From Haliotis rubra (Eukaryota): 64,000 nt of DNA. Both the position numbers and the translations under genes were made by a program. Numbering within the stretch: position 1 is the first letter of the stretch; each line of letters begins with the position of its first letter. The notes under the pieces are model-generated. The model worked only from the letters and a program-made list of their open reading frames with translations. It was not told the DNA's origin and ran no database searches. The DNA lies in contig NW_025767413.1 of assembly GCF_003918875.1 (NCBI RefSeq), positions 868,001-932,000 on the forward strand. Reading direction: 5' to 3'. Positions 61,680-64,000 of the stretch are shown here, piece after piece.

Positions 61680-64000
61680 CCATATGGTTACCGATATGGT
61701 TTCAGGGAAGGTATGTTTCAACATAGACCACATACCGATATGGTCTCAGGGAAGGTATTTTTCAGGAGAGACCACATACCGATATGGTCATTTAAGGTCT
61801 GTTTCAACATTACCACATTACGATATGACAAGGAAGGTATGTTTCAACATAGACCACATACCGATATGGTATCAGGGAAGGTATGTTTCAACATAGACCA
61901 CATACCGATATGGTCTCAGGGAAGGTATGTTTCAACATAGACCACATACCGATATGGTCTCAGGGAAGGTATGTTTCAGGAGAGACCACATACCGATATG
62001 TTTCAGGGAAGGTATGTTTCAACATAGACCACATACCGATATGGTCTCAGTGTAGGTATGTTTCAACATAGACCACATACCGATATGGTCTCAGGGAAGG
62101 TATCAACATAGACCACATACCGATATGGTCTCAGGGGTAAGTATGTATTCATGTAGACCACATACCGATATGGTCTCAGGGAAGGTATGTTTCAACATAG
62201 ACCACATACCGATATGGTCTCAGGGAAGGTATGTTTCAACATAGACCACATACCGATATAGTCTCAGGGAAGGTATGTTTCAACATAGACCACATACCGA
62301 TATGGTCTCAGGGAAGGTATGTTTCAACATAGACCACATACCGATATGGTCTCAGGGAAGGTATGTTTCAACATAGACCACATACCGATATGGTCTCAGG
62401 GAAGGTATGTTTCAACATAGACCACATACCGATATGGTCTCAGGGAAGGTATGTTTCAACATACACCACATACCGATATGGTCTCAGGGAAGGTATGTTT
62501 CAGGAGAGACCACATACCGATATGGTCTCAGGGAAGGTATGTTTCAACATAGACCACATATATAGTCGATATGGTTTCAGGGAAGGTATGTTTCAACATA
62601 CACCACATACCGATATGGTCTCAGGGAAGGTATGTCTCAACATACACCACATACCGATATAGTCTCAGGGAAGGTATGTCTCAACATACACCACATACCG
62701 ATATGGTCTCAGGGAAGGTATGTCTCAACATAGACCACATACCGATATGGTCTCAGGGAAGGTATATTTCAACATAGACCACATACCGATATGGTCTCAG
62801 GGAAGGTATATCTCAACATACACCACATACCGATATAGTCTCAGGGAAGGTATGTTTCAACATAGACCACATACCGATATGGTCTCAGGGAAGGTATGTT
62901 TCAACATAGACCACATACCGATATAGTCTCAGGGAAGGTATGTTTCAACATAGACCACATACCGATATAGTCTCAGGGAAGGTATGTTTCAACATAGACC
63001 ACATACCGATATAGTCTCAGGGAAGGTATGTTTCAACATAGACCACATACCGATATAGTCTCAGGGAAGGTATGTTTCAGGAGAGACCACATACCGATAT
63101 GGTCACAGGGAAGGTATGTTTCAACATAGACCACATACCGATATGGTCTCAGGGAAGGTATGTTTCAACATAGACCACATACCGATATGGTCTCAGGGAA
63201 GGTATGTTTCAGGAGAGACCACATACCGATATGGTTTCAGGGAAGGTATGTTTCAACATAGACCACATACCGATATGGTCTCAGGGAAGGTATTTTTCAG
63301 GAGAGACCACATACCGATATGGTCACAGGGAAGGTATGTTTCAACATAGACCACATACCGATATGGTCTCAGGGAAGGTATGTTTCAACATAGACCACAT
63401 ACCGATATGGTCTCAGGGAAGGTATGTTTCAACATAGACCACATACCGATATGGTCTCTCAGGGAAGGTATGTTTCAGGAGAGACCACATACCGATACCG
63501 ATATGGTTTCAGGGTCCCAAGGTATAGTCTCAACACAGACCACACACCGATATGGTCCCTGTGGAAGGTGTTACAGGAGAGACCACATACCGATATGGTC
63601 ACAGGGAAGGTATGTTTCAGGAGAGACCACATACCGATATGGTCACAGGGAAGGTATGTTTCAACATAGACCACATACCGATATGGTCTCAGGGAAGGTA
63701 TGTTTCAACATACACCACATACCGATATGGTCTCAGGGAAGGTATGTTTCAGGAGAGACCACATACCGATATGGTCTCAGGGAAGGTATGTTTCAACATA
63801 GACCACATACCGATATAGTCTCAGGGAAGGTATGTTTCAGGAGAGACCACATACCGATATAGTCTCAGGGAAGGTATGTTTCCAACATAGACCACATACC
63901 GATATAGTCTCAGGGAAGGTATGTCTCAACATACACCACATACCGATATGGTCTCAGGGAAGGTATGTTTCAGGAGAGACCACATACCGATATGGTCTCA
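61680..64000. repeat. 44-bp satellite (CCACATACCGATATGGTCTCAGGGAAGGTATGTTTCAACATAGA), about 50 copies, runs off the window
   Basis: Direct tandem repetition with an ACATA/GGAGA dimorphism; no unique spacers. Confidence 0.98.

Noticed and set aside
61680-64000. CRISPR array or repetitive protein (MFQHRPHTDMVSGKVCFNIDHIPIWSQGRYVST ORFs)
   Set aside because: Head-to-tail 44-bp units with no spacers; the period is not a multiple of 3 and the same peptide appears in all frames.

Overview
Eukaryotic, AT-rich, repeat-dense animal DNA with four N-gaps. The SINE families with (ACTC)n tails suggest a mollusc, possibly a gastropod such as abalone (inference). No intact multi-exon protein gene can be demonstrated, and almost all long ORFs in the track come from tandem repeats or N-runs. 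Best-supported features: an intron-containing tRNA-Tyr(GTA) gene (35297-35383); seven satellite/minisatellite arrays, several built from higher-order units or from transposon ends; a ~3.5 kb tandem duplication (14752-21774); several SINE families with target-site duplications (TSDs); 3' fragments of L2 and RTE-X LINEs; a decayed mariner transposase; several MITEs; and a 230-bp Penelope-type fold-back insertion with a 13-bp TSD carrying two U3-A8-variant minimal hammerhead-ribozyme motifs. On the minus strand from ~16.6 kb to the window start lie traces of a decayed gene for a secreted or receptor protein (signal peptide, then C-type-lectin-, CUB- and SRCR-like exons). Its first exons were copied by the duplication. 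Best leads: the hammerhead fold-back element, a tRNA-less retroposon family with a conserved pseudoknotted 5' head, a HIRAN-like fragment beside a transposon-like end, and satellites growing out of MITE and LINE ends.
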